Shown: positions 38,528 through 49,794, numbered from the stretch's first letter. The stretch is DNA of 64,000 nucleotides from Alphaproteobacteria bacterium (GCA_965249135.1 OZ252220.1:1440001-1504000), one strand, 5' to 3'. Notes: generated from the sequence alone by a model not told the origin. Numbers and translations: made by a program.

Positions 38528-38979
38528 TGCGGATATCGAAGAAACTGCTCTTCGCCCTCGAAGCCGTTCTCGACATCGCCTACCATTCCGGCGGCGAGCC
38601 GGTGCAATCGAGCGAGATTACCCGTCGCCAGAAGATCCCGAAGCGCTACCTCGAGCAGGTCCTGCAGCAGCTGGTGCGCGGCGGCATCCTGACGGGCGTT
38701 CGCGGCCCACGCGGCGGCTACCGTCTGGCGCGGGAGCGAAGGCGCATTTCGCTTGGCGAGATCACGCGCACGGTGCGCACGCTCGAGACGGCCCAAGACC
38801 CGTTGCAGGATTCTTCCGGCTCCGAGCTCGGCCACCGGATCTTACGGCCGCTTTGGACGGAGCTTTTGGATGAGACGATGACGAGGCTCGACTCGATCAC
38901 CATCGAAGACCTTTGCACCCGGGCGAACATGGCCCGTATCGCAAAGGAGGTGGAGGAGAAGGTCGATTTCACGATTTGA
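38527..38979 (+). CDS. Rrf2 family transcriptional regulator (CymR-like, no Cys triad)
   Basis: YLEQVL..GVRGPRGGYRLA; directly upstream of cysK. Confidence 0.9.
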   Translation: MRISKKLLFALEAVLDIAYHSGGEPVQSSEITRRQKIPKRYLEQVLQQLVRGGILTGVRGPRGGYRLARERRRISLGEITRTVRTLETAQDPLQDSSGSELGHRILRPLWTELLDETMTRLDSITIEDLCTRANMARIAKEVEEKVDFTI

Positions 38980-39057
38980 TTTTCGTGGGCCGAGCGCCCA
39001 AATAACATATGCAAGTTGTAATTAGAAATTATTAACATAATTTTAGGGTGAAAATAG

Positions 39058-40038
39058 ATGTCAGGGGCCAAGCTTTCCGGTTACGACGCCAATCAGGCGG
39101 GGCGGGGACGAATCTACGAAAACTTTCTGGATACGATCGGCAGCACGCCTCTCGTCCGCATCCAGAAATTCGCCGAAGCCCATGGTTGTGCGGCGGACCT
39201 CGTCTGCAAGCTCGAATTCTTCAACCCGCTTGCCTCCGTCAAGGACCGGATCGGGCTTGCGATGATCGAAGCGGCGGAAAAGGAGGGCCGGGTTAAGCCC
39301 GGCGCCATCTTCATCGAGCCCACCTCGGGCAACACCGGGATTGCGCTTGCCTTCGTCTGTGCGGCGAAGGGCTATCGTCTCATCCTCACGATGCCGGAAA
39401 GCATGTCGATGGAACGAAGGAAGATGTTGCAATTGCTCGGCGCGGAACTTGAATTGACGCCGGCAGCAAAGGGCATGAAAGGCGCGGTGGCACGCGCCGA
39501 AGAGCTGTTGGAGCAGACGCCGGAAATGGTCATGCTGCAGCAATTCAAGAACGCGGCGAATCCGGAAATTCACCGGCGCACGACGGCGGAAGAGATCTGG
39601 GACGACACGGATGGCAAGGTCGACGTCGTCATCAGCGGCGTCGGTACGGGCGGCACGCTCACCGGCGTCGGCGAAGTCCTAAAAGAACGCAAGCCCGGCA
39701 TCAAGATGGTCGCCGTGGAGCCGGAAGACAGCCCCGTGCTTAGCTGCGGCGCACCGGGACCCCACAAGATTCAAGGAATCGGCGCCGGATTCGTGCCGGA
39801 GATTCTCGACGAGAAACTGATCGACGAGGTCGTGCAGATCGGCAATGAGACCGCCTTCATGCTGGCCCGGGACATTGCCCGCGTCGAGGGCATGCCGGTT
39901 GGCATCTCTTCCGGTGCTGCCCTTGCCGCCGGCCTCGAAATTGGCTCGCGGCCCGGCATGGAAGGCAAGATGATCGTCATCATCATCCCCTCCTTTGCCG
40001 AACGCTACCTCTCGACGGCGCTGTTCGAAGGGCTTTGA
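39058..40038 (+). CDS. cysK: Cysteine synthase A
   Basis: [29 protein letters not shown] and ERYLST. Confidence 0.96.
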   Translation: MSGAKLSGYDANQAGRGRIYENFLDTIGSTPLVRIQKFAEAHGCAADLVCKLEFFNPLASVKDRIGLAMIEAAEKEGRVKPGAIFIEPTSGNTGIALAFVCAAKGYRLILTMPESMSMERRKMLQLLGAELELTPAAKGMKGAVARAEELLEQTPEMVMLQQFKNAANPEIHRRTTAEEIWDDTDGKVDVVISGVGTGGTLTGVGEVLKERKPGIKMVAVEPEDSPVLSCGAPGPHKIQGIGAGFVPEILDEKLIDEVVQIGNETAFMLARDIARVEGMPVGISSGAALAAGLEIGSRPGMEGKMIVIIIPSFAERYLSTALFEGL

Positions 40039-40063
40039 GCAAAAAAGGGTTGGGACTTAAAGG

Positions 40064-40873
40064 ATGGCCTTCAACGAAGAGCAGGTCCAACGTTACGCCC
40101 GCCACATCGTCCTTCGGGAAGTGGGCGCGAAGGGGCAGGAAAGGCTTTCGAACGCGAAGGTCCTGGTGGTGGGCGCGGGCGGCCTTGGTTCGCCGAGCCT
40201 GCTTTACCTTGCCGCCGCAGGCGTGGGAACGATTGGCATCGTCGATGACGACGTCGTCGATTTAAGCAATCTCCAGCGGCAGATCGTCCATCCTACCAGC
40301 CGCATCGGCGTTGCGAAGGTGGAGAGCGCCGCCGAGACCCTGGCCGAGGTGAACCCGAACGTTCGCGTCGTCTGCCACGGCGAACACTTAGGGGCCGGCA
40401 ACGTGCGCACGCTTTTCAAGGACTACGATTTGATCGCGGACGGCAGCGACAATTTTCCGACCCGCTTCTTAGTGAACGACGCCTGTTATTTTCTGCGCAA
40501 GCCGTTGGTCACGGCGGCCGTCCTTCGCTTCGACGGCCAGCTTGCGACCTTCCGCGCCTATGAGGAAGGGAACCACCCCTGCTACCGCTGCATCTTCCGC
40601 GAACCGCCGCCGCCCGGCACCGTGCCGAACTGTGCGGAAGGCGGCGTGTTCGGGGCGGTCGCCGGCGTGATGGGCACGATCCAAGCGACGGAGGTCGTCA
40701 AGGAACTGCTCGGCATCGGCGAAAGCCTGGACGGGCATATGTTGATTTACGATGGCCTCGAGGGCAGCTTTAGAAAGATCGCGATTGCGCGCGACAAGGG
40801 CTGTCCGCTTTGCGGGGACAAGCCTACGATCCACGAGATCGAGGGGTTAAGCGTCGACGCCTGCGCCAGCTGA
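40064..40873 (+). CDS. moeB: MoeB/ThiF family adenylyltransferase
   Basis: RYARH, GAGGLG, SNLQRQ, CYRC, NCAEGG and CPLC. Confidence 0.88.
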   Translation: MAFNEEQVQRYARHIVLREVGAKGQERLSNAKVLVVGAGGLGSPSLLYLAAAGVGTIGIVDDDVVDLSNLQRQIVHPTSRIGVAKVESAAETLAEVNPNVRVVCHGEHLGAGNVRTLFKDYDLIADGSDNFPTRFLVNDACYFLRKPLVTAAVLRFDGQLATFRAYEEGNHPCYRCIFREPPPPGTVPNCAEGGVFGAVAGVMGTIQATEVVKELLGIGESLDGHMLIYDGLEGSFRKIAIARDKGCPLCGDKPTIHEIEGLSVDACAS

Positions 40874-40895
40874 TCAAGCCGAAACGAAACGAAGT

Positions 40896-41882
40896 TTAGC
40901 TTTCCGTTCCGATCACCCGGTCCGGGGGCGAGTGGCCATCCACGAAGGTCTTGATGTTGACGAGCACCTTCTCTCCCATGTCGATCCTACCCTCCAGCGT
41001 CGCCGAGGCCATGTGCGGCAGCAGAACGACGTTGTCGAGTTTGAGAAGCTTGGGATTGATGGCGGGTTCGTGTTCGAAGACGTCGAGGCCGGCACCGGCA
41101 AGCTCGCCGCGCTCGAGCATCCGGGTGAGCGCATTCTCGTCCACCACCTCGCCCCTTGCCGTGTTCACGATATAGGCCTCGCGGCGCATCAGCTTCAGCC
41201 GCCTTGCCGAAAGCAGGTGATAGGTCGCCGGCGTGTGGGGGCAATTGATGGAAATGATGTCCATATGGGCGAGCATCTGGTCGAGGCTTTCCCAGTAGGT
41301 GGCTTCGAGTTCCCGTTCCGCCGCCTCCGGCAACTGATGGCGGTTGTGGTAATGGATGGAAAGCCCGAAACCACGGGCCCTGCGGGCGACGGCGGAGCCG
41401 ACCCGGCCCATGCCGAGGATGCCGAGGCGCTTGCCCCCGATGCGGTGGCCGAGCATCCAGGTCGGGCTCCATCCCTGCCATTCGCCGGACCGGATGATGC
41501 GCTCTCCCTCGGCCAGGCGTCGCGGCACGGCGAGGATGAGCACCATCGTCATGTCGGCGGTGTCCTCGGTCAGCACGCCCGGCGTGTTCGTGACCGTGAT
41601 CCCGCGCTGGCGCGCGGAGCCGAGGTCGATGTGATCGACGCCGGCGCCGAAGGAGGCGATCAGGCGCAAATTCGGCCCAGCATGGGCTAGGACGCCGGAA
41701 TCGATGCGATCCGTGACGGTCGGAACGAGAACGTCGGCCTTTTCGACCGCGCCAACCAGCTCGCCCTGGCTTAAGGCATGGTCGTCGAGGTTCAATTGCG
41801 CCTCGAACAGCTCCATCATCCGCGTCTCAATCGGATCCGGAAGCTTCCGTGTCACCACCACCAAAGGCTTTTTCGGGGCCAT
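40896..41882 (-). CDS. D-isomer specific 2-hydroxyacid dehydrogenase (D-glycerate dehydrogenase / glyoxylate reductase)
   Basis: NTPGVLTEDTAD, GMGRVG, NTARG, LDVFEHEP and LPHMAS. Confidence 0.92.
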   Translation of the reverse strand: MAPKKPLVVVTRKLPDPIETRMMELFEAQLNLDDHALSQGELVGAVEKADVLVPTVTDRIDSGVLAHAGPNLRLIASFGAGVDHIDLGSARQRGITVTNTPGVLTEDTADMTMVLILAVPRRLAEGERIIRSGEWQGWSPTWMLGHRIGGKRLGILGMGRVGSAVARRARGFGLSIHYHNRHQLPEAAERELEATYWESLDQMLAHMDIISINCPHTPATYHLLSARRLKLMRREAYIVNTARGEVVDENALTRMLERGELAGAGLDVFEHEPAINPKLLKLDNVVLLPHMASATLEGRIDMGEKVLVNIKTFVDGHSPPDRVIGTES

Positions 41883-42071
41883 TCGCTTCATTACTCCTCG
41901 ATTTGGAGCCTCCCATAGCAAGTATATTACAGCCTTGTCCACCGCCTGTCCCCGACGACACTCTTGCCACCAGCAGACGCTTTTCCAAGCCGGGCGCGCC
42001 ACTTGACCGGCCTGCTTTCTCCCTTATCTAATGGACGCACAATTTCGATCCTGGTTCGGGCAAGTATCGCC

Positions 42072-42572
42072 ATGCGTTCCTTCCATTCCGTTTTCACCGC
42101 AAGCCTTGTCCTTACGCTAGTCGCAACCTTGTTCGGTCCTGCGCTGGCCGCGACGGGACTGCCGCTTCCCAGATATGTGAGTCTGCGCGCTTCGGAAGTG
42201 AACGTGCGCACCGGACCCGGCGTGCGCTATCCCGTCGATTGGGTGTTTCATCGCTATGGCCTGCCGGTCGAAATCGTCGCGGAATTCGATACCTGGCGAA
42301 AGATCCGGGATGCGGAGGGAACGGAAGGCTGGGTCCACCAGAGCTTGCTTTCCGGCAAGCGAACCATCCTGGTGACCGGTAAGGTACGCACGCTTTACCG
42401 GAGGCCCTCGATGGCGGCGAAAGCGGTGGCAAAAGCAGAAGCAAACGTCGTCGGCAAGCTTGTCAACTGCCCGGAGAAATCCGAATGGTGCCGCGTCGAT
42501 GTCGGCGCCTATGAAGGCTGGCTCAAGCGAAGCAATTTCTGGGGCGTCTACCCAAACGAAATCATCAAATAG
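42072..42572 (+). CDS. SH3 domain-containing exported protein
   Basis: Signal peptide, LPLPRYVSL, NVRTGPG and GWVHQSLL. Confidence 0.88.
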   Translation: MRSFHSVFTASLVLTLVATLFGPALAATGLPLPRYVSLRASEVNVRTGPGVRYPVDWVFHRYGLPVEIVAEFDTWRKIRDAEGTEGWVHQSLLSGKRTILVTGKVRTLYRRPSMAAKAVAKAEANVVGKLVNCPEKSEWCRVDVGAYEGWLKRSNFWGVYPNEIIK

Positions 42573-42584
42573 GAAGCGAAGACT

Positions 42585-43175
42585 TTAACCGAAGTCCTGA
42601 ATAAGAGCGGCATGGACGTTGTCCGGCATTCTCGCCATATGCGCGTAGCCTTTGTGCCGGATTCCGAGGATGATTTCCGTTTCCGGATTCCGGAAAGCCG
42701 CGATTGCGGATTCCGTAAAAGGAAAGTGAAGAAAGTGAACGGAGGAAGCCTTGCCGTCCTCTGCCGACCTTTCGACGTCCACTTCGGGAACGGCTTCGAT
42801 CTTTTCCTTGCCGACGTGAAGGGTAATCGTTTTCTCGACACCACCCATCTTCGAGAGAAACCGATCCCGCTTCTCCGGGTTTTCGATTTCGAACATCAAG
42901 GTCGCAACGAGCTCATTTCCTTTTGGAATCAATGGATTATATGCGGCCAACTCGTCAGCGATCTGCTCTTCGCCTCCCTTTTCGATGTAGAGCATTTCGT
43001 GGATCTGCCACCACATCGTATCGAAGTTCTCGAAATAGAGCGTCGCGTAAGGACCGACGGCAACGCGCCGGTTTTTTTTGATCGCCGAGATGTCTCGGCG
43101 GCGGTCCATCCTAATTTTTTCGTATGCCTCGAGCGAGAGCACGTCTTCGCGCGTGATTTCGTGTTTCCTGGTCAT
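42585..43175 (-). CDS. DUF3501 family protein
   Basis: KKNRRV, QIHEML, ELAAYNPLIP and SSVHFL; ATGA overlap with the Fe-S oxidoreductase. Confidence 0.88.
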   Translation of the reverse strand: MTRKHEITREDVLSLEAYEKIRMDRRRDISAIKKNRRVAVGPYATLYFENFDTMWWQIHEMLYIEKGGEEQIADELAAYNPLIPKGNELVATLMFEIENPEKRDRFLSKMGGVEKTITLHVGKEKIEAVPEVDVERSAEDGKASSVHFLHFPFTESAIAAFRNPETEIILGIRHKGYAHMARMPDNVHAALIQDFG

Positions 43176-44518
43176 GAAGCCGATATCCCATAGGCGCGTG
43201 CGAAAAGCTCGATCGGATGGAAGGCCGCGTCCGGGGCCTCCTCGCCATCGAGACGCTCGATCCCTTGCAGGATCTGTCGTCCTGCCAACGGACATTCGGA
43301 GGCGATGTAAGCCTTCTTCGCGTTCGCCGCGGCGCGGGCGACCGGTTTTCCGATTTTCAGCGTCGTTTCGAAATTCGCCTTCATCATGCCCCACGAGCCG
43401 CCATGGCCGGAACAGCGTTTGATCACCTGAAGGTCGGCCTTTGGAATCAGACGAAGCATCTCGGCTGCCTTCTGTCCCATGTTCTGGGCCCGGGCATGGC
43501 AGGCAAGGTGAATGGCAACACCGCCGTCCAAGGGGACGAGCCCTTCCGCGAGGCCTTCCTTCGATGCGATGTCGACGACGTATTCCGTAACGTCGAAGGT
43601 CGCCTCCGAAAGCCGTTTCACGTCCGCGTCGTCTGGCAAGATGAGGGGCCACTCGAACTTCAGCATGAGCGCACAGGAAGGCATCAAGCTGATGACCGCA
43701 TAGCCTTTCTCGATCCAGGGTCGCATTTCGCCCGCAACCTTGCGCGCGCGTTTCGCGACCGCCGCAAGATCGCCGTGCTCAAGTTTCGGCATGCCGCAGC
43801 AGGTGGGATAGACGATTTCGGTCTCGACGCCGTTCTTCGCGAGAACGGCGCGCGTGGCGAAACCGATCTGGGGATTGTGGTAGTTCCCATAACAGGTCGC
43901 ATAGAGCACCGCCTTGCGGCCGAAGGCCGGTGCGCTTTCGTTCGCTTCGATGGGCTCAGTGGCGGCGGAAGCCGCGAAGGTCTTGCCGTGGAAGCGCGGC
44001 AGCGCCGCCTCACGGTGAATGCCGGTCACGCCTTCCATCAGGGTTCGCATCGGCTTGTTCTTCGTATTGCAGGCCCAGTTCACCAGCGGGGCCAGCGGGG
44101 CGGCGAGGGAGGCGTTGCGGTCGATGTCCGTGAGTTGACGGGCAGACAGCGAGATCTTCTTTTCCTTCAGCTCCATCGCCCGGTAACGGAGCATGAGATG
44201 GGGAAAATCCAGATCGAACTCGTGCGGCGGCACGTAGGGGCATTTCGTCATGAAGCACATGTCGCAAAGCGTGCAGGCATCCGTGACGTGCTTGAAATCC
44301 TCATTCCGCACATCCTTCAGTTCGCCGGAAGGGGTCGTGTCGATTAGGTCGAAAAGGCGTGGAAAGCTGTCACAGAGATTGAAACAGCGCCGGCACCCAT
44401 GACAGATATCGAAGACGCGGCGGCATTCCTCCTCCACCTTCGCCCGGTCCGTAAAGTCCGGATCCTGCCAGGAAATGGGATGGCGCATCGGCGCGCCGAG
44501 GGATCCCTCGCCAGCCAT
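43172..44518 (-). CDS. Rubrerythrin-associated Fe-S oxidoreductase (GlpC/HdrD-like, CCG domains)
   Basis: CHGCRRCFNLC, CTLCDMCFMTKCPY, CCGMP and SECPLA. Confidence 0.88.
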   Translation of the reverse strand: MAGEGSLGAPMRHPISWQDPDFTDRAKVEEECRRVFDICHGCRRCFNLCDSFPRLFDLIDTTPSGELKDVRNEDFKHVTDACTLCDMCFMTKCPYVPPHEFDLDFPHLMLRYRAMELKEKKISLSARQLTDIDRNASLAAPLAPLVNWACNTKNKPMRTLMEGVTGIHREAALPRFHGKTFAASAATEPIEANESAPAFGRKAVLYATCYGNYHNPQIGFATRAVLAKNGVETEIVYPTCCGMPKLEHGDLAAVAKRARKVAGEMRPWIEKGYAVISLMPSCALMLKFEWPLILPDDADVKRLSEATFDVTEYVVDIASKEGLAEGLVPLDGGVAIHLACHARAQNMGQKAAEMLRLIPKADLQVIKRCSGHGGSWGMMKANFETTLKIGKPVARAAANAKKAYIASECPLAGRQILQGIERLDGEEAPDAAFHPIELFARAYGISAS

Positions 44519-44544
44519 CTTTATTTGCCTCCAACGCTCATCCG

Positions 44545-44577
44545 AAAACAAAGGGGATACCTTTTCGTATCCCCTTT
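44545..44577 (-). terminator. Hairpin / intrinsic terminator between rubrerythrin and the Fe-S oxidoreductase
   Basis: 11-bp perfect stem AAAGGGGATAC/GTATCCCCTTT (44550-44577), followed on the minus strand by GTTTT. Confidence 0.65.
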
Positions 44578-44607
44578 AAAGATTCGTTTCGGATGGCTTT
44601 CTTGAAC

Positions 44608-45030
44608 TTACTGTCCGAGCGTATCGAGGGCCTTCTGGAAGCGTCCCGCATGGGATTTCTCGGCCTTCGCCAGGATCTCAAACCAGTCGGCGATCTCGTC
44701 GAAACCTTCCTCGCGGGCGGATTTCGCCATGCCCGGATACATGTCCGTGTATTCGTAGGTTTCGCCAGCAATCGCCGCCTTCAGATTGGCATCCGTTGCG
44801 CCGATCGGCTGGCCGGTCGCCGGGTCGCCGACCTCTTCGAGGAACTCGAGATGGCCATGGGCATGCCCCGTCTCCCCCTCGGCGGTCGAGCGAAAGACGG
44901 CGGCGACGTCGTTGTAGCCTTCGACATCCGCCTTCTGAGCAAAATAGAGATAACGACGGTTCGCCTGGGACTCACCGGCAAAGGCCGCCTTCAAATTTTC
45001 TTCGGTATTCGTTCCCTTCAAGGCTGCCAT
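44608..45030 (-). CDS. rbr: Short rubrerythrin (no rubredoxin domain)
   Basis: [31 protein letters not shown] and EKSHA; 140 aa. Confidence 0.93.
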   Translation of the reverse strand: MAALKGTNTEENLKAAFAGESQANRRYLYFAQKADVEGYNDVAAVFRSTAEGETGHAHGHLEFLEEVGDPATGQPIGATDANLKAAIAGETYEYTDMYPGMAKSAREEGFDEIADWFEILAKAEKSHAGRFQKALDTLGQ

Positions 45031-45142
45031 TTTTTTCCTCCGTTTGAGTTTGGTCCGCTCGGAATCCCATGCCTTAAGATGAGAGCCCGAAAGATGGGTT
45101 TCAGCGGATAGAGTCGGACCGGAAAGGCCCAAAATCCATAGA

Positions 45143-45157
45143 TTAGAATTATTCTAA
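45143..45157. promoter_or_regulatory. Irr ICE / PerR-like operator upstream of rubrerythrin
   Basis: Inverted repeat TTAGAA-TTA-TTCTAA matching the ICE consensus TTTAGAA-N3-TTCTAAA; the irr gene is adjacent. Confidence 0.8.
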
Positions 45158-45216
45158 CATAGGGGCGGAAAGATGAAAGGTAAAGCGTTTTCTAAGCAGC
45201 AGAACACCCGGAAATT

Positions 45217-45639
45217 CTAGTCTTCCGGGTCGGTGAGGTGGAGGATCACATCGACCCGTTTCAGGGTCTTGCCGGCCGGTGGATCCGGAAGCCGTTCGAT
45301 GGAAAGCTGATCGGCAGGCACGTCCCGAAGCTCGCCGCTCTTCTCATAGAAGAAGTGGTGATGGTCGCTGATATTCGTATCGAAATAGGCGCGCCCCGAT
45401 TCGACGACGACCTCACGCAAGAGTCCGACCTCGGTGAATTGGTGCAGCGTGTTATAGACGGTCGCCAGTGACACCCGAACGCCAGCAGCAAGCGCCTCGC
45501 CATGCAGCTGTTCGGCACGCACGTGACGATCCGTTCCGTCGAAGAGAAGTTTCGCCAGGGCCAAACGCTGACGCGTCGGGCGCAGGCCCGATTCCCTCAA
45601 GAGGTCGTACGCATTTGCATATGGACGGGTCGCTGCCAT
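45217..45639 (-). CDS. irr: Iron response regulator Irr (Fur family)
   Basis: GLRPTRQRLAL, SLATVYNTLHQF and FDTNISDHHHF. Confidence 0.88.
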   Translation of the reverse strand: MAATRPYANAYDLLRESGLRPTRQRLALAKLLFDGTDRHVRAEQLHGEALAAGVRVSLATVYNTLHQFTEVGLLREVVVESGRAYFDTNISDHHHFFYEKSGELRDVPADQLSIERLPDPPAGKTLKRVDVILHLTDPED

Positions 45640-45734
45640 TCAATTTCCTCAGTGAGTCCTTAAAAATACTCAGGCCTTTCCAGAAAATGCAATAAAAAAC
45701 ATTGTCTTCCTGGGCTTTTTCGAACCCCCCTAAA

Positions 45735-47132
45735 TCAGTCCCCCGTCAACAGCCGCTGGAACAATTTCTTCACCGTCGGGATATAGCCATTCGCATAGAA
45801 GGGGTCCGAGGCGAAGCGAAAGGCATTGTGGCCAGCGAACATGAGTTCGTTGTCGATATCCCCCCCATGGGCGATTTCCTGCAGGGTCTTCTGAATGCAA
45901 TAGGACCGGGGGTCGGGCTTCTTGCCCGTCGTACCGGCTTCGTTATGCGACCAGTTGCTGAACCGACAGGCCGAAAGACAGCCCATGCAGTTCACCTGAT
46001 CCGTTCGGATCTGTTTCGCGTTTTCCAGGGTAACGAAGATGAGCGTCGAATCCGGCGTTCGCATCGCTTCCGTAAAGCCGGTCGCGACCCAAGCCTCCGC
46101 CCGGTGCTTGTCGGTGGTCGTAAGAAAGACCGGCCGCTTCCTGGCCCCGACGCCGAAGGCAACCTGATGTTCGCCGACCGGTTCAACCGTATAGGCGACC
46201 TGGCGTTCGGACCGTTCCCTAAGCTCTTTGAGGAAGGCGTTGTTCACACAAGAAGAATAGAAGCCGGTCGGGCTGAACCGGTTCAGTTGGACGCTCCCCT
46301 CGTCGAGCTCGAGAAGGCGGCGCTTCCACTTTTCCGGGATTGGGCTTTCTTTCGTCAGCAAGGCCCGGGTGCCGAACTGAAAACAGATCGGGCCCAGTTC
46401 CGGATTGTCGATCCAATCCTCCCACTCCCGCAAATACCAAACGCCGCCAGCCATGATGATCGGTGTGTCATCAAGCCCGAACTCGCGCATCTGTTCGCGC
46501 ATGGCGCGCACGCGCGGGTAAGGATCTTGCGGGACTTCCGGATCCTCGCTGTTGCTGAGGCCATTGTGGCCGCCGGCCCGCCACGGGTCCTCGTAGACGA
46601 CGGCGCCCAGAAAATCCGAAAACCTGTGGTAGGCGCGTTTCCATAGCGCCCGAAAGGCGCGCGCCGAAGAGACGATCGGGTAACAGTAGACGCGGTAACG
46701 CGAGCAGATTTCCGCGAGGCGATACGGCATGCCGGCCCCGCAGGTCACGCCGTGAACGAGATCCTTCGCGCCTTCGAGAATGCCCTTGAGTACGATTTCC
46801 GCCGCGCCCATCTCCCAAAGCACATTGACGTTGAGCCGCCCTTGGCCGTTCGACATTTCATGGGCGATCCGTGCCTGGGTGATGCCGCCCTGAATGGATT
46901 GCTCGATCAATTCGAGATGGCGCGCGCGGCGATTGCGGCCTTTGTAGACGTAAGGGATGGCCAAGCCGTCCGCATCGAAGCTATCCGCATTGACGCCGGA
47001 GAAGGTGCCAAGGCCGCCCATCGCGGCCCAGGCGCCCGAGCTTTCGCCGTTCGTTATGGAAACCCCCTTCCCCCCTTCAATGAGGGGAATCACCTCTCTC
47101 CCGGAAAGAACAAGGGGGTTCAGGGCCTTCAC
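45735..47132 (-). CDS. Nitronate monooxygenase family flavin oxidoreductase
   Basis: PLIEGGKG, TCGAGMP, AGGHNG, MAGGVW and QFGTR, plus C-terminal CMGCLSAC; GTG start with GGAGA RBS. Confidence 0.85.
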   Translation of the reverse strand: MKALNPLVLSGREVIPLIEGGKGVSITNGESSGAWAAMGGLGTFSGVNADSFDADGLAIPYVYKGRNRRARHLELIEQSIQGGITQARIAHEMSNGQGRLNVNVLWEMGAAEIVLKGILEGAKDLVHGVTCGAGMPYRLAEICSRYRVYCYPIVSSARAFRALWKRAYHRFSDFLGAVVYEDPWRAGGHNGLSNSEDPEVPQDPYPRVRAMREQMREFGLDDTPIIMAGGVWYLREWEDWIDNPELGPICFQFGTRALLTKESPIPEKWKRRLLELDEGSVQLNRFSPTGFYSSCVNNAFLKELRERSERQVAYTVEPVGEHQVAFGVGARKRPVFLTTTDKHRAEAWVATGFTEAMRTPDSTLIFVTLENAKQIRTDQVNCMGCLSACRFSNWSHNEAGTTGKKPDPRSYCIQKTLQEIAHGGDIDNELMFAGHNAFRFASDPFYANGYIPTVKKLFQRLLTGD

Positions 47133-47284
47133 GCTACGGTCTCCCGGCCGCTCGATCTGCATAAGGGATAGCCAATCGCCATTGCCTTGCATATAGGCAA
47201 GAAAACGCAGAAAACCACATCGCGGATGACAGAAAGCATCAAAGGATTTCCGATGGTTATGTCCTCCTCCGGTCGCCTTGGCGT

Positions 47285-49414
47285 CTAGCCCGCCTTAACC
47301 TTCTCCTGCGCTTTCTGCAGATCTTCGCCGGTTTTCTGATCGACCGCCCTGAGGCTCAGCTTCACCTTGCCACGGTCGTCGATGCCGAGGACCTTGACCT
47401 TCACCATGTCGCCTTCCTTCACGACGTCCGTCACCTGCGCCACGCGCCCGGGTGCCAGCTCGCTGATGTGGACGAGACCATCGCGCGCGCCCAAGAAATT
47501 CACGAATGCGCCGAAATCGAGGACCTTCACGACCTTGCCGGAATAGATCGTGCCGATTTCCGGCTCGGCGACAATCTCCTTGATCCATTCGACGGCGGCT
47601 GCCGCCGATTCGCTATCCACCGAGGAGACCTTGACCGTGCCATCGTCTTCGATGTCGATCTTCGCACCCGTCGTCTCGCAGATCTCGCGGATCACCTTGC
47701 CACCGGTTCCAATCACTTCGCGAATCTTATCCTTCGGAATCGTCATCATGGTGATGCGAGGCGCATGGGTACTCACGCCATCGCGGGCCTGGGCAAGGGC
47801 CTTCGTCATCTCATCAAGAATATGCATCCGACCTTCGTTCGCCTGGGCGAGCGCCGTCTGCATGATCTCTTCCGTAATGCCCGTGATCTTGATGTCCATC
47901 TGGAGCGCGGTCACACCTTTCTCCGTGCCGGCCACCTTGAAGTCCATGTCGCCGAGATGGTCTTCATCTCCCAGAATGTCGGAGAGCACCGCAACGCCCG
48001 AATCCTCCCTGATCAGGCCCATCGCGATGCCGGCGATCGGACGCGGTAGTGGAACGCCTGCATCCATCAGTGCCAGTGACGTGCCACATACGGTTGCCAT
48101 CGAGGAGGATCCGTTCGACTCGGTAATCTCCGAGACGACCCGAATCGTATAGGGAAAGTCTTCCTTGTTCGGCATCAGCGCACGCAGTGCGTGCCAGGCG
48201 AGCTTGCCGTGGCCTACTTCCCGGCGGCTCGTGAAGCCGACGCGTCCCGCTTCGCCGACGGAGAAGGGGGGGAAGTTGTAATGGAGCAGGAAGTGTTCGC
48301 GGTATTCCCCTTCAAGCGCGTCGACGAACTGTTCGTCCTGACCGGTGCCGAGCGTGGCGACAACAAGCGCCTGGGTCTCACCGCGGGTGAACAGCGCGCT
48401 TCCATGGGCGCGCGGCAAGACGCCGACCTCCGCCACGATGGGACGAACCGTCTTCGTATCCCGCCCGTCGATCCGTACCCCCGTTTCGAGGATCGCGTTC
48501 CGAACGATCGCCTTCTCCACCTTCTTCGTGGCGTTAGAGACGGTATTCTCGTCCACCTCTTCGGTCACCAGCGTCTCCGCCAAGCCTTTGCGAATCTCGG
48601 ATAGGCGTTCGGAGCGGGCCTGTTTCTCGGTGATTTTGTATGCCTCACGAAGGTCGGCCTCGGTCTTTTCCCGTACGGTGGCGGTCAGTGCCTCGACGGA
48701 TCCGTCCGGCGCCGGCAATTCCCACGGTGTCTTAGCGCAGGCGCCTGCCATTTCAGCAATCGCCTCGATCACCGGCTGGAATTCCCGGTGGCCGAACATG
48801 ACGGCCGCGAGCATGACGTCCTCGGCAAGCTCGTTCGCTTCCGATTCGACCATGAGCACGCCGCCCTTGGTCCCGGCGACGACGAGGTTGAGATCTGAGT
48901 TCGCCATCTCGTCGATCTGGGGATTGAGCACGTGACGGCCATCGATGTAACCGACCCGGGCGGCGGCGATGGGGCCCTGGAAAGGGATGCCGGAAATCGC
49001 CAGTGCAGCCGATGTGCCGATCATGGCGACAATATCCGGGTCGTTTTCGAAATCGTGGCTTAGCACCGTGCAAATAACCTGCACCTCGTTGCGAAAGCCG
49101 TCCGGAAACAGTGGACGGATCGGCCGATCGATCAAGCGGCAAACAAGGGTTTCCTTTTCGCCGGGCCGGCCTTCGCGCTTGAAGAAGCCACCCGGAATTT
49201 TTCCCGCCGCATAGGTTTTTTCGATGTAGTTCACCGTGAGGGGAAAGAAATCGAGTCCTTCTTTCGCCTTCTTCTCGCCAACGACGGTGCACAGCACGGA
49301 GGTCTCTCCATAGCTTGCCAGCACTGCGCCATCGGCCTGCCTTGCGATTTTTCCGGATTCCAGAACAAGTTTCCGGCCGCCCCAAAGAATTTCCTTACGT
49401 GTAACGTCAAACAT
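47285..49414 (-). CDS. pnp: Polyribonucleotide nucleotidyltransferase
   Basis: [24 protein letters not shown] and GDMDFKVAG, plus KH and S1 domains. Confidence 0.98.
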   Translation of the reverse strand: MFDVTRKEILWGGRKLVLESGKIARQADGAVLASYGETSVLCTVVGEKKAKEGLDFFPLTVNYIEKTYAAGKIPGGFFKREGRPGEKETLVCRLIDRPIRPLFPDGFRNEVQVICTVLSHDFENDPDIVAMIGTSAALAISGIPFQGPIAAARVGYIDGRHVLNPQIDEMANSDLNLVVAGTKGGVLMVESEANELAEDVMLAAVMFGHREFQPVIEAIAEMAGACAKTPWELPAPDGSVEALTATVREKTEADLREAYKITEKQARSERLSEIRKGLAETLVTEEVDENTVSNATKKVEKAIVRNAILETGVRIDGRDTKTVRPIVAEVGVLPRAHGSALFTRGETQALVVATLGTGQDEQFVDALEGEYREHFLLHYNFPPFSVGEAGRVGFTSRREVGHGKLAWHALRALMPNKEDFPYTIRVVSEITESNGSSSMATVCGTSLALMDAGVPLPRPIAGIAMGLIREDSGVAVLSDILGDEDHLGDMDFKVAGTEKGVTALQMDIKITGITEEIMQTALAQANEGRMHILDEMTKALAQARDGVSTHAPRITMMTIPKDKIREVIGTGGKVIREICETTGAKIDIEDDGTVKVSSVDSESAAAAVEWIKEIVAEPEIGTIYSGKVVKVLDFGAFVNFLGARDGLVHISELAPGRVAQVTDVVKEGDMVKVKVLGIDDRGKVKLSLRAVDQKTGEDLQKAQEKVKAG

Positions 49415-49513
49415 TTCATCTTCCTTCTATCCAACAACCGGCGATCCATACCGTCGGGGCTCTTCCATCCGCCCTGTCGGGTGAGCCCATCCCTTCAAGG
49501 CACGTTCTTTCGA

Positions 49514-49783
49514 TTACTTCCTCAACCCAAGCCGCTTGATGAGCTGCTCATAGCGCGCGTTGTCCGTCTTCTGCAGGTAATCGAGAAGCCGACGGCGTTG
49601 GCCGACCATTTTCAGGAGGCCGCGGCGCGAATGCATGTCCTTGTTATGGTCCTTGAGATGTTCGGTCAGGTTCGTGATCCGTTCGCTCAAGATCGCAACC
49701 TGTACTTCCGGCGAGCCGGTGTCGCCCTTCTTCAGGGCGTACTCTGTGATGAGGTCTGTCTTCCTCTCCGACGTAATCGACAT
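49514..49783 (-). CDS. rpsO: 30S ribosomal protein S15
   Basis: [10 protein letters not shown] and [17 protein letters not shown]. Confidence 0.98.
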   Translation of the reverse strand: MSITSERKTDLITEYALKKGDTGSPEVQVAILSERITNLTEHLKDHNKDMHSRRGLLKMVGQRRRLLDYLQKTDNARYEQLIKRLGLRK

Positions 49784-49794
49784 CGTCTATTCCC

